Shown: positions 12,163 to 23,356, counted from the first letter of the stretch. The stretch: 64,000 nucleotides of DNA from an uncultured Methanosarcinaceae archaeon (GCA_963727895.1 CAVSHT010000007.1:99152-163151); one strand, 5' to 3'. The notes: generated by a model not told the origin, from the letters alone. Made by a program: numbers and translations.

Positions 12163-13479
12163 TTACTTCTTGAGGGTTATTTTCTTAATCCCTTTTTTTA
12201 AAAGAATCTGGCATAAAACAACCCCAAAAATTCCTGTAAGTATCTCGAAACCAGGAGTTTTTGCGGAAGTTTTGGTTCCAGCTTCTCCTTTAGGAATAGT
12301 GTTATTGTCTTTGGAATCTTCAACCTTAGAATTAGTATTATTAAGTGCCATTTTTGTTACATTTGTTTCTTTTTCAAGGGTCTTATTTCAGTGGCTCCTA
12401 TAATAGAATTATCTCCTATGTATGTTTCCTATTGTAATATCGGTTGCTGGGTATATAACATAGCCTTCTGGAGAAGTGCTGCCTTTTCCTTCATCTGAGG
12501 TCTGGAAATACCATGAATCGGTAAAGTAATTCTTAACATCTTTATCAAGATCTAAAGTAATAGATTTTGAGTTTTTCAGGACAATTTCATTTTCTGAAGC
12601 TTCTTTTACCTCAAAACCCTGATAATCGTCACCGGTTTTTATCTTCATCACGTTATCTTTGTCAATTAGCCAGGTGTACTTGAAAACTGCAAAAGACTCA
12701 TTAGCACTCGTGAATACAGAGTCAACGTATGTAGTAAAGTAAATCTGGTCTGTTTTATCACCAATGTCTGCAGTTGCAGCAAACGTTTTATCATTAACTG
12801 TCCCATTCGCATCAACAATTGCAGATTCATATTCTTTTCCGTTTTTATACAGTGAGAACCAGACCTTTTTACCATCTACATCAACCTGATGAACTGTAAG
12901 AGAATAGTTTTTACCAAGATCCCAAGATTCTCCGGTCTTTAATACTTTTTTCTCTCCGGAAACTTGAGAGATCACCAGGTTTGTAAGCTGAGTAGCATCG
13001 CCTCCAACTGCGATATATGGTTTTCCGAACCATCCAAGTTTATAGTAGAACATTTCTCCAAGTTTTGAAGGAGTTGTTTTGGGATTTAGTTCAAGATCGG
13101 AAATAAGTTCATATTTGAAGGATAAAGGAAGGGTAGAATATACGAGCTCATCTTCGCCTATTACATGGTTTCCAGGATGTTCTTTTCCAAGTTCATCTTG
13201 CCCATCTTTTTCTACATATTGAAGGCGTTCCCCAGTCCAGTTTTCAGAAGCTATGATGTTTTTATTCTGGTTTACAGGATAAAAAAAGCCACCAAAAGTA
13301 GTAGCGTTCCAGCTAAAACCATCAGGTGAAGTTTCATTAGTGTCGAAGGAAATTCCAGAAATAGCTGGAGCTGAACCTGGAGCTGCAAATCCATATGGTA
13401 CTAGCATCAGACAAACTGTGAGCGAAGCAAACAGTAAAAGTAAAGTTTTGTGATTATTGGGTTTCATACAAAGTATCAC
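12163..13479 (-). pseudogene. S-layer domain protein with a PGF-CTERM sorting tail, disrupted near 12390-12420
   Basis: Signal peptide, WNATTFGGFFY and QVDVDGKKVWFSL S-layer motifs; the TPGF+TM+basic tail lies in a separate ORF (12163..12351). Confidence 0.8.
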
Positions 13480-13789
13480 TTATTTGTATTTGATATCGCA
13501 CATACAAACATGATATAATGAAATATATGAATAAATATTATAATTTATAAATTAAAATGTAACAACACATAAATCCAAATAGTTAATAAGTTTTACTAAT
13601 TTGAATTAAAAAGCAAAAATAATAAGATCTTTTACATAAAACTAGAATATAAAAAATTATCAGCTTATCAACCAGAGCCAACAAGAATTGGAAATTAGGA
13701 ATAAAGGTAAAAATCAATAAAAAAGTTTGTAGATTGAAAATATAGGCTCAATTAGGATTAACCTTTCACCCTGAACCGAAGCAGATCTG

Positions 13790-13897
13790 CAACCCTTTTC
13801 CAAAAAGACTTGGCCACAAACCTTTTGAGAAAAGGCTTGACCGCAAACCTTTTGAGAAAAGGCTTGACCGCAAACCTTTTGAGAAAAGGTTTGATCG
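13790..13897. repeat. Four tandem 27-bp palindromic units (CAAACCTTTTGAGAAAAGGCTTGACCG), Methanosarcina-type intergenic repeat
   Basis: Directly visible; each unit carries a CCTTTT..AAAAGG hairpin; no spacers. Confidence 0.9.
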
Positions 13898-13987
13898 AAA
13901 ACCCTGGCAACGTTTGGATTTAATAATCTTATCCCCAAACCCTATCGGCGTGATCAACCGGCGCAACGGTTGTGCTTGACCTAAAAA

Positions 13988-15040
13988 TTATCCTCTTACT
14001 TTGAACCGTAGCAGTGCTGCGACTCCACCCAACTTATGGAGCTTTTCTCCGGGTTCAAAGTCCGTGCTGAAAACAACAACCTTCCCCTGAGCTTGCTCGA
14101 CTTCCATGAGGAGTTTATCAATATCCTCTCCTTTTTCCCGTCCTTCACGCAATGTTTCGTCGGCAACAAGCAGGGTTTCGACAGCCCCGAAATTGAGAGC
14201 ATTCTTAACATCTGCAAGACCATAGGCAGCCTTTCCGTCCATTGAAATCTCACGAATTAAGTCCTCCATCAAGGATGATTCGCGGGCTATACGAGATTCC
14301 TGCATAATCCTGTCCACTGCACCTCTTCGCAGAACTTCTTGAAAACCGGACATTCCTATCATGGAGGTATCTTCGATCAGAGCTTTTGAAGCCATAGCCG
14401 GTTCGAGTTCCTGAAAATATTTCACAAAATCTTCTTTAGTAAATCCAGGTCCTGCAATAACTATAGACGCTTCTTCAGGAACTGCATGTTTGAGCTGTTC
14501 TACAACTTCTCTGAAAAACTCATTTCTCAAGCCAGTTTCTCGCTTTCCTGAGGATTGTCGGATATGAGAATATATCTCTATTCCGTAGTGATGCACAAAA
14601 CCAATATCTGCATCTCCTTCCTCTATTGCGACCATAACGACTTTTGGGCGTTTTGAAGCTTCTTCAGCATCCTTAATTCGCTGGAACTGGTCATTTTTCC
14701 AGTGTTCTTTAATGATAGATATATTGGTTCCGATTTCTACATTGAGAGTATGAAAAGAACCCACATCCATTCCGTGTTCTATCATTCCATGTATCCGTAG
14801 CCGGTTAGCAAATTTATGAAATTCAATATCGTCAACTCTTATTCCTAATCTAACCTTTACTTTCTCAACTTTTTCAGGGCGGATTTTATCACTTGCACTA
14901 TCAGCTTTTCTTTTGGTAACTGAAAAAATCAGATCCCCTTTTTCGACTATATATTTAAGGTGCCAGAGATCGTCGAGGGTTTCGGCAGTTACTGAAATTT
15001 CTCCCTCTCTTCCTTTAAGGGAACGATTTGTAACTCTCAT
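13988..15040 (-). CDS. pelA: Pelota (ribosome rescue factor)
   Basis: ETLDDLWHL, RLRIHG, GSFHT, AGPGFTK, LGGVAALLRF. Confidence 0.96.
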   Translation of the reverse strand: MRVTNRSLKGREGEISVTAETLDDLWHLKYIVEKGDLIFSVTKRKADSASDKIRPEKVEKVKVRLGIRVDDIEFHKFANRLRIHGMIEHGMDVGSFHTLNVEIGTNISIIKEHWKNDQFQRIKDAEEASKRPKVVMVAIEEGDADIGFVHHYGIEIYSHIRQSSGKRETGLRNEFFREVVEQLKHAVPEEASIVIAGPGFTKEDFVKYFQELEPAMASKALIEDTSMIGMSGFQEVLRRGAVDRIMQESRIARESSLMEDLIREISMDGKAAYGLADVKNALNFGAVETLLVADETLREGREKGEDIDKLLMEVEQAQGKVVVFSTDFEPGEKLHKLGGVAALLRFKVRG

Positions 15041-15073
15041 GCCTTTTTCCTTCCGTTCATTTCAATTTCTTCT

Positions 15074-17371
15074 TTACTTACTTCTATATTCATTTTCAAT
15101 TTCTTCGTTATCTTCAGGTTCGTTCTCGATTTCTAGAACCTCATGCTCCTCACTTTCGTGTTCCTCACCCTCGTGTTCTTCAATATTCTCTCCCTTTCGT
15201 TTTGGCTTCTGGTCCTTTAAGTCTGATTCACCTGGTGGAATCATCATAGCTATTTGATCAGGAGATGCAATCTGCTTTACGAAACGTGGGTCACTGAGTT
15301 CATCAGCATAAATTCTGTAGATCTTTTTTGAAATGTCGTTCTGATTAAAAGCTCCAGGTACTATTTCGAGAATATAATCTCCATGCTTCCTAACAGCAGA
15401 TGCTGGTCCGCCTATAACTCTTGTTTCACCTTTGAGTTCAAGCCCAACCGCAATGCCAAGAGGAATATCCTTAAAGTAATTGCGTTCTCCACGGATAATG
15501 AAAGCACCTTTTTTCACATACTCTCCTGATTCAGGGGTCTTACTGACCTGCTCAGATTTGACCCAGTAACAGTCTCCGCTGAAATGCCCGGCTTTCCAGA
15601 GGCTTGAATAAGAAACTGCAAATTGTGCAGCTTCCTGTAAGGTAGATTCAGGAACGTCTTTTCCTCCGGTTTTGATAACTGTGAGAGGGGCTCCTGGAGT
15701 CTGAGTATGGAAGACCAGATCTCTCTTTTCCATATATTTTTTGAAAATCTCCTCATTTGTGTCTGCATCCCTGCCTCCTACAACAAAGAAGTCATCTGAG
15801 GATACAAACCACCTGAATCTATCATACCAGTGCTTTTTCCGGGATGCATGAAGCTTCTTTCCTGCCTTTGAAGCCTTTGCCACAGCTTTTTTTTCCATAG
15901 CTTTTCTGGTATCTTCGATAGCTTTGATAGCGCCGTCTTTTTTCTTACTAAATTTTTTCACTTTTTCATAATATTCCTGAGCATTCTGAGGTACTGTTTT
16001 TCGGATGTCAATATTAACCCTCTTTCCTTCAATATCTACAGTTATAGTTCCGGTTTTAGGGTCGATGTTTGTGATCTTTTGTGCATCAGGCATAGTCTTC
16101 TTAGCCTGCTTCAGAATGGACCGGATCTCGTCCCAGGAATATCCTTTAGCCCTTGCACCATTGAGTACGGAAAGAAGTTCTTCAATAACCTGATAATTTG
16201 CGTAAACTGTTTCGGCAAGGGTGTTATTTTTTTGGATTTCTTTTTCGAACTTTGAAAGGCTTTCTTCCTGCTGGAGAAGTCGTCTTTCGTAGACTCCAAG
16301 AGTTTTTTCTTTTTTCTGAGCCGCTTTTACTTCTTCAACCTTTTCAAGCGATTTTTTCCCAAAAAACTCATCAAGTGCCGTGTTAAATGAATCAAAATAT
16401 TCTTTTTCAAATTCTGAATAGCGAATAAGATCAAAAGGTAATACATCGAAGGTTTCCAGCTTTCCATTAATTTCCTTTTTCACATGCTGGGGCTTGAACT
16501 TAGGAGTCTCGCCTTCAACTTCTATTTCTGGTTTAAGTTCAGGTTCAAGTTTAGCCTCGGTTGCAGTTTTAATTTCAGTTTCAGGTTTAATTCCAGTTTC
16601 GGCTTTTGCTTCTTTTTCTACTTCTTCTACTTCTGAGGAACCTTTTTCACCGGCTTCTGCCATCAAAAGCGGGGAAAAAAGATCGTGCATGGCATTACAA
16701 AGTCTTGATGCATCCTCTTCAGTTGCTTCCTTTGAAGGCTTTGATTTGTCAATTCCTGCCCTGGCACAGATTTCTTCTGCCAGAACTCCACCCAGATTGA
16801 ACCTTGTGGCTACAGTCCGCACAATATCAGCTGTAGATATAGAAAACTCTTTCATAAGGTCCCAAACTTGAACTTTAAGAGGACTGATCTGTGCCTCAGG
16901 AAGTTCGTAAATTTCTCCACTCCGAAGCCGCCTGTCTCTCATGGTTACAGGATTCATAGGCAGGATAATCCTGTTTTCCGAATCTACAATAAGTATATTC
17001 CCAGGGGCGAAAAGCTCCACAATAAGAGTACTCTTCACTCCCCCTCTCTCAATCCCTATCTTTACTATCCTGTCAAAATCGTGCTGCTCCACAAATGTGA
17101 TCCTTCCCCCCAGCAGGTATTTTCTAAGCAGCATTGGAAAAGCCTGGGGGAGCGTTGGGCTTGCCCTTAGATATTTACTTAAATGAATGCGCTTCCCAGC
17201 CTCAATAACCAGGTTGTCCCTGCCCTGGTGAAAAACGTAAAGGTTGATGCGAATCTCCTCGTTCGCGGGCTGATATATCTTCCCTATCTTCGCATCAATT
17301 ATGGATTTTGGCCCTGCTGACAGCTCGGCAACAACTGCAGCAACGTCGGCGCTCGACATATCCTGTTTCAT
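15074..17371 (-). CDS. rqcH: Ribosome quality control factor RqcH/NEMF (NFACT)
   Basis: MSSADV start, FPMLLRKYL, DFDRI, WYDRFRWF, GGRDA, SKTPESGEY..KGAF. Confidence 0.93.
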   Translation of the reverse strand: MKQDMSSADVAAVVAELSAGPKSIIDAKIGKIYQPANEEIRINLYVFHQGRDNLVIEAGKRIHLSKYLRASPTLPQAFPMLLRKYLLGGRITFVEQHDFDRIVKIGIERGGVKSTLIVELFAPGNILIVDSENRIILPMNPVTMRDRRLRSGEIYELPEAQISPLKVQVWDLMKEFSISTADIVRTVATRFNLGGVLAEEICARAGIDKSKPSKEATEEDASRLCNAMHDLFSPLLMAEAGEKGSSEVEEVEKEAKAETGIKPETEIKTATEAKLEPELKPEIEVEGETPKFKPQHVKKEINGKLETFDVLPFDLIRYSEFEKEYFDSFNTALDEFFGKKSLEKVEEVKAAQKKEKTLGVYERRLLQQEESLSKFEKEIQKNNTLAETVYANYQVIEELLSVLNGARAKGYSWDEIRSILKQAKKTMPDAQKITNIDPKTGTITVDIEGKRVNIDIRKTVPQNAQEYYEKVKKFSKKKDGAIKAIEDTRKAMEKKAVAKASKAGKKLHASRKKHWYDRFRWFVSSDDFFVVGGRDADTNEEIFKKYMEKRDLVFHTQTPGAPLTVIKTGGKDVPESTLQEAAQFAVSYSSLWKAGHFSGDCYWVKSEQVSKTPESGEYVKKGAFIIRGERNYFKDIPLGIAVGLELKGETRVIGGPASAVRKHGDYILEIVPGAFNQNDISKKIYRIYADELSDPRFVKQIASPDQIAMMIPPGESDLKDQKPKRKGENIEEHEGEEHESEEHEVLEIENEPEDNEEIENEYRSK

Positions 17372-17535
17372 GAAGTGGATATAATAGAGGCTTTTGGTAT
17401 AAGCATTACTGAAGAATTTAATGAAATTAGATGTAAAGTGAAGCGGCTCAGTACTCATGTTTGGAGGCTCCGCACGCTTCGAGCTTCATCATGGCTATTT
17501 TCTATATACAATGTAAGTGGTAAAATAAAAAGTGG

Positions 17536-19289
17536 TTACAGTTCCTTCAATAGACGGAAACCAACGTAGCTGTCTCGATCGCCGACGCCGCGTCCAACGC
17601 GAAAAGCCGACCGGCAGTATCCGGCACTATTGCCACAACTGCCACCCCTAACCACACGGAAGGAGCTGTTTCCATCTTCCCAAGCACGACCATCAAAAGG
17701 AGCTCCTTTTTTATAATTATCATGCCACCTGTCCTGAACCCATTCCTAAACATTACCATGCATGTCAAAAAGACCCAAGCGATTTGGTTTTTCGGGTCAA
17801 CTGGATGAGTTCTACCACCTGAGTTTGTATCTCAATATGCGTAATCCTCAATACATATATCGTCACTAAAATAATAATTTGTAGTTGTTCCTGCACGACA
17901 TGAATACTCCCATTCAGCTTCAGAAGGAAGACGGTACTTGTCGTTGCCTTCCATTTCATTGATCATTTTGAGGAATTCTTGGATTTGATTCCAAGAAATA
18001 TATTCTACAGGTAGAGACTCGCCTTTGAAATTTGAAGGATTATTTTCCGTAACCTTCTCCCACTGTTTTTGAGTGAATGGATATTTACTAATATAGAAAG
18101 AGTTTCTTATTTTTACTTTGTGAACTGGACCTTCGTCTTCATGGGACCATCCCTGCTTTTCCAAAAGCGACCCCATCATAAATTTCTCCGGCTGGGATAA
18201 GTACGAATTCCATATCTGTAGAAGGGCTGATGAAGGTTTTTGGAATTTCGTGTTTGTTGGTGTCTTCAGGAATCTCGATAGTCTCATATTTCGAGTTCCT
18301 TAAATTATAAATATTAACATTTTCCTTTTCATGTTGACTTCCAGAACTTACGTATATTCCTTTAAGTTGCTGTATAGATTCAATGTAGTTTTCGTGAGAA
18401 AGGTCTCCTTTCAGAAAAGAAGTAAGTAAACCATGTACAGTTTCATCAACAGGCTCAAGGGTACTTTGAGCCTCATAATATTTTCTCAGGACTGTCTGGG
18501 ACTCATTAAGTATTGAGGGAGAAAATTTGTATTTAAGGTATTTCTCGAATAAATCTCTCTTTTTAAAAGCATATTCGTTTTCTCTAATTTAAAGAGGGTT
18601 TTTTCCAATGAAAAATGGTCCTTCTATGCTTCCTTCCTTTTTTGGAGACTGGGAACAACTCTCAGTTGTCTTTTCAAAAGCATAGTCGTACAAATCGTCA
18701 ATAGAGATTTTACCTTCACCTCTTTTACCAGCTTGACCTTTCTCCAATCCTTCTATCAAATAGTAAGTGAAGATTCCATGTCCTAACTTTTCCTCTTCTT
18801 TTGCAGTTGGAGAACCAGTCAATCCGGTTGAAGTAAGAATGATTGTTCCTGAACCGGAATGTTTTTTCAAAGCTTCCATCACATCAGAAACATCTCCATT
18901 TGTATTCGGTTAAGATACGATCTATAAAAAATGTGTTATATTTGTTGCCATTTCTGTAAACCTATAAATGTAAATCGAGATGCATAGATTATTGCAGTAG
19001 TCATTATAACGTTAACAGATTCCTTAACCGAATACAAATGGAAACATCTCTAATTCCGGCGACACCACTATAGCAACAATCAAGAACGATAATAACAGAC
19101 TTAAGTGTTGGATATTTCATGCACCTGTTAATGTAATCAAAATTTAACGAGGTTGCCAGAGGACAATCTTCTCTAAAATCCTTGAATAGCAAACGCAGTC
19201 CATTGTCGAGATGTTTTTTCCCATGGCCTGAGAAGTAAATGAAAACAAGATCGTCATGATTCGCATTTTTCAGTATTTTTTCAATTTTG
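17536..19289 (-). pseudogene. Caspase-family (peptidase C14) + FGE-sulfatase/C-lectin fusion; 5' end cut by IS1, interrupted by a MITE and by frameshifts
   Basis: YFSGHG and LDCCYSG dyad, HGIFTYYLIEGL; FMMGS..DEGPVH, RLPSEAEWEY, RVVRGGS, GFRL. Confidence 0.85.
18897..19040. mobile_element. 144-bp MITE with 18-bp perfect TIRs and a 10-bp TSD
   Basis: CATTTGTATTCGGTTAAG ... CTTAACCGAATACAAATG, flanked on both sides by GAAACATCTC; removing it restores the caspase frame. Confidence 0.92.
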
Positions 19290-20029
19290 GGCATTGGTAA
19301 TCAAAAATAGATATATATGCTTATAACATATATTTCTTCATGAACTGCCCAAAATGTAATAGTTCCAGTCACAAAAAGAATGGTATAGTTGGTGGTCGTC
19401 AACGCTACAAATGCCATGATTGTGGATATAACTATACAGTAGAGCTAAAATCAACTGCTTTTTCCACCTCTGTTAAAAACAGGCTTTACAACTTTGCCTT
19501 GAAGGATTGGGCTTTCGTTCAATAGGAAGAGTTTTAGGGGTTAGTCATGTTTCTGTCCAAAGATGGATAAAGAAATTTGGTCAAGAGTGAGAGAACCTAA
19601 AAAGTGAAAGTGAGATATCTATTGTTGAAATGGATGAGATGCACACTTACATCGGTAACAAAAAAAAATATTGCTGGATCTGGATTGCTGTTGATAGAGT
19701 TGGGAAAAAGTTTATCAACTGCTCTTTTGGTAGCAGAGGAACGGAAACTGGAAAACTACTCTGGGAAAAATTGAAGAAAAAAGAGATTGGAGAAGTGATG
19801 ACCTATCACTGGAGGGCATATGCAGAGTTTCTTCCAGAAAAGAGTCATACTCAATCCAAAGCAGAAACGTATACTGTTGAAGGATATAACAGCATATTGA
19901 GGCATTTTTTAGCAAGGTTGAGAAGAAAGACAAAGTGTTATACGAAGAGTCTTGAAATGCTAAAGTACTCGGTTATTATATTGATGAAATACAGAAATAA
20001 AGAGTTAACTATGTTTAGTTAACAATACC
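19290..20029 (+). mobile_element. IS1-family element, copy 1 (defective: frameshift and stop in insA)
   Basis: CPKC..RYKC zinc finger, DEMHTYIG, TYTVEGYNS; ends GGCATTGGTAA / TTAACAATACC; no TSD. Confidence 0.92.
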
Positions 20030-22770
20030 CTCGAAATTTATCTGAAGGAACAACATTTGTTGGATTAATTTCCGAGAAACCGATAGTTTTTGCATGTTCG
20101 ATGCAAAAAGAAAATATCTTGAGTAAAATCAAATCAGATATTAAAAAAATTGTGGGTTCTGGAACCCAAGTTGAATCAATTTATTTTTTCTTAACTTCTG
20201 GAGTTCCAATATCTCTAAACCATAAATTAAAGGACTGGACAAAGGAAAAATACTTAATTTCTTCAGAAATTATTGATGGTCAAGCTATTTCTGAATTACT
20301 TGCAGACAGAAAAATATTCTGGATTGCAGAACAATATCTAGGTATTCCCAGTGAAATTTTTCCTAGGGCATTCAATGAGAAGGATTGGCATCAGAAGTCA
20401 CTAAATAAATGGAAGTCTCTTGATTCTCCTAATTATAACTTTGCGGATTTTCATGAAGTGAAATCCGCTGCACGCCACGCTATATTTTCAAGAGATGCAA
20501 ATCAAGACATACTTTTCTGGATAGGCATTTTGGAAAAATTCAGGAAGAATAAATTTCTGGAGTTATTGAGGAAAACTGTTTATGAGATTTCTGTAGCTAA
20601 ACTAAGGGGTCTTGGAACGTTAGAACAAGAAGAAGACTATATTCGGGAGTATTTTTGTGAGATCTCAAACTTAAATAAATCTGTTGATTTGGAAGATGCC
20701 AATAGCCTACTAACTTACTGTATTGCGGCATATTTCCAGAATTTAGTCAGGTTGAAGCCTGAAGAACCTGATAGTTGGCATAATGAATTAACCCAAAGAG
20801 TTGATGAGCTATTATCTAGTACTACAAAACCTGGGTATAAATGCTCGCTTTTAGACATCAGAGGATGTATCTCTCTTTATATCATCAATTCAGTTACATA
20901 AAATCCACTTACGCCGCTTGATGTTGAAACTGCAATTGAATGGTGGATGCAATTCGCTGATAATGTAAAAAATGCTCCTTTATTCCCATTGAGGAGATTT
21001 GCTGACCGTCTAACGGATCTAATATATTTAATAGGATGCAGTACAAGATATGGTAAAATTTCTGAAAAAATAGATACAGTTCTGTCTGAAAGATATGGAA
21101 ATTTTGTTGCAGCTGAAAAATGTAGAGACAGGGCCATACAATTTTACAAAAATAAAAATATTACAAAAGCAATAAATCAACTTCATCAATCAAAAGTTAA
21201 ATGGTTTTCAGAAGAAACACTAAGAGGGTCAATTCTTTCAATTTTGCTGATTTCAGAGTGGTATAAAGAATTAAATCTCGCATTTGCTGCTAAATATTAC
21301 GCTTTAGCAGCTGCTTTTATCTCATCTAATTCTTCTGACCCTCTCATTCTTTCCTATTTGCCAAAAGCTTTAGTTCAAGCTGCTGAATGTGACTATTTAC
21401 AGGGCTCATGGTTAGGTTATTTACATTTATCGGATATAGGTTTTAGTAGTCATTGTACTTTTTCTCCTGATGTAGGAAATCTGGAAAAGGATAAAGTTTT
21501 TGAAAGGTTTTTATTCCATACAACCACACTCATTTCGATAACAAAACAAATAGATTCTCAATTGTTTGACTATGTAATGGAATTTGTGGCAAAGTGGAAT
21601 ATTGAAGACTATCTCGAAGAAAATATTTCTATCTCACAAAAATTCTGGTCGGAGAAAAGTCTATCTGAAGTTTGGGGAACTCTTAACTATAATTTATTAG
21701 GAATGCCCTTTGGAGATGTTGGTAATCTTCGTGAAGTTACTTGGTCTGAACTTGGAATTATATGGAAAGTAAAGTGGAATAATAGTTACTGTACAACATC
21801 GATCTGTGAGCAATTTATTGCAGTTTTACAAATTTTACTTGCAGATTTGGCAGAAACTGATTTATGTTTGATGAAAACTGAAGTTAATATTTTTATCATT
21901 TTTGATAAGGTTCCTTCTCCAAGTGTTAAGCCCAGAGTGTCAAATTCAATACGATATTGGGAAATAACATTGCCTCTAAATCCTACCGAAAGTATGATTA
22001 CTTATGAAAAACTCGAACTTTACGTTGTTTCTGCTGCTTCTCGTATTTTGTTTGAAGTCTCTTTATTGCCTGAAGCTAAGTTTAATTAAGTAATTGAAAG
22101 CTCCTTTAAGAATGGTCTTTCGATGAAGCTATTTGTGGGCCAAACATACGAATTTTTATATTGTTATTTTATTGATGAAAAATTTTTTAATGAAACTCGG
22201 TTAAGTGGCTTACAGGTTCCTCATTCTCTCCATCCATTCAGATCAAAATATGATGAAAAGCTTCCATGGTTTGATGGTCCTATTTCTGGGTATAGTAAAA
22301 AAATAGCTGAAAAATACCTTCATGATAGGTATTCAAACGTTATTCCTCCTATTAAATTCACATTAGGAAGATTATCAAAAAATCAGCAACTTATATCGAT
22401 GTTGAGTAAACTACGTTTAGAAGGTTGGCTGGATTGGCATATTTTAGCTGCCATCTGTATGATAACTGTTAATTATCGTATGAATTTACAAATCAAACCG
22501 TTTATGAATAAAGCTGAAATTAACAAGTTATTTAATATTTGTTTATCCAAGTCTGAAGATGAGTTTGATCCGGAGATCCCAATTTCTGAGTTTACAATGG
22601 AAAATATTCAAATATCTCTTAAAGTAAATATGATATCAACACTGAAACTTCTAGGACTAGAATGCCACCAAATAACTCCTGATTTTGATGGTATTGAACA
22701 TTTTTTGCGCTACAGATGTAATTATTGGGATGACGACTTGGAGCATGATGATCCATTTGTGTCTGATTAG
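20030..22770 (+). pseudogene. Large (~910 codon) gene, putatively a nuclease-like N-terminus plus helical/TPR-like body; 5'-truncated by IS1, two in-frame TAA stops
   Basis: ORFs 20101, 20947 and 22123 share one frame, each separated by a single TAA; the frame is open back to the IS end. Confidence 0.7.
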
Positions 22771-23003
22771 GGAGTTGAATGAGGTATTTCTCAAATGCTT
22801 TAGTGGTCAAAAACTCTGGATTTTGTGATGCTCAATAAACTTCAAAACAGCGGCGCAATCGAAGATTTTCGGTCGAAAAATTTTAGGGGGGCTGGGGCGG
22901 AAATATAATAAAAGGTTATATCTCTCCGAAATCCTCTTTACCAGATCTATTATCTTCTTTTCTTGCCATCATTTCACTCTAGCATACGTTTAAATGATAA
23001 CAA

Positions 23004-23315
23004 ATGAAATTATACCACATGGGGGAAGTTGTCCGGCACAAAGAGTTGTTCGAAAAAATCTCTTCATTCCTTGAAAAAGAAGGAGCAACTAAGATAGCAG
23101 TGTTTGGCTCTTATTCTCGGGGGGAGGAAAAGCCGGAAAGCGATATAGATATTCTTGTAGAATTTTCAGAAACAAAAAGCTTGCTTACCCTTGTCAGGAT
23201 TGAAAGGGAGCTATCTGAGTTTCTTGGGGTAAAAGTCGATTTACTTACTGAGAAATCAATAAGTCCATATCTCATTGACGGAATCAAAAAAGAAGCAAAA
23301 GTGATCTCTGCATGA
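23004..23315 (+). CDS. Minimal nucleotidyltransferase (MNT antitoxin)
   Basis: VFGSYSRGE..SDIDILVEF, KVDL. Confidence 0.92.
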   Translation: MKLYHMGEVVRHKELFEKISSFLEKEGATKIAVFGSYSRGEEKPESDIDILVEFSETKSLLTLVRIERELSEFLGVKVDLLTEKSISPYLIDGIKKEAKVISA

Positions 23316-23356
23316 AAAAGAATGACTCTGTTTATCTCAGTCATATCCTTAATTGA
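23312..23356 (+). pseudogene. 5' stub of a HEPN/DUF86 toxin gene
   Basis: ATGA overlap with the MNT stop; MKKNDSVYLSHILN* resembles a DUF86 N-terminus. Confidence 0.6.

Noticed and set aside
13790..13897. CRISPR array
   Set aside because: The units abut with no unique spacers, and no cas genes are present
17438..17490. GC-rich imperfect hairpin as a DGR homing cruciform
   Set aside because: The pairing is weak and it lies about 45 bp from the stop codon
20899..22089. Pyrrolysine read-through of in-frame stops
   Set aside because: These stops, and those at 36004, 50752 and 58002, are TAA rather than TAG; the in-frame TAG at 28264 is a TGG mutation in a dead IS
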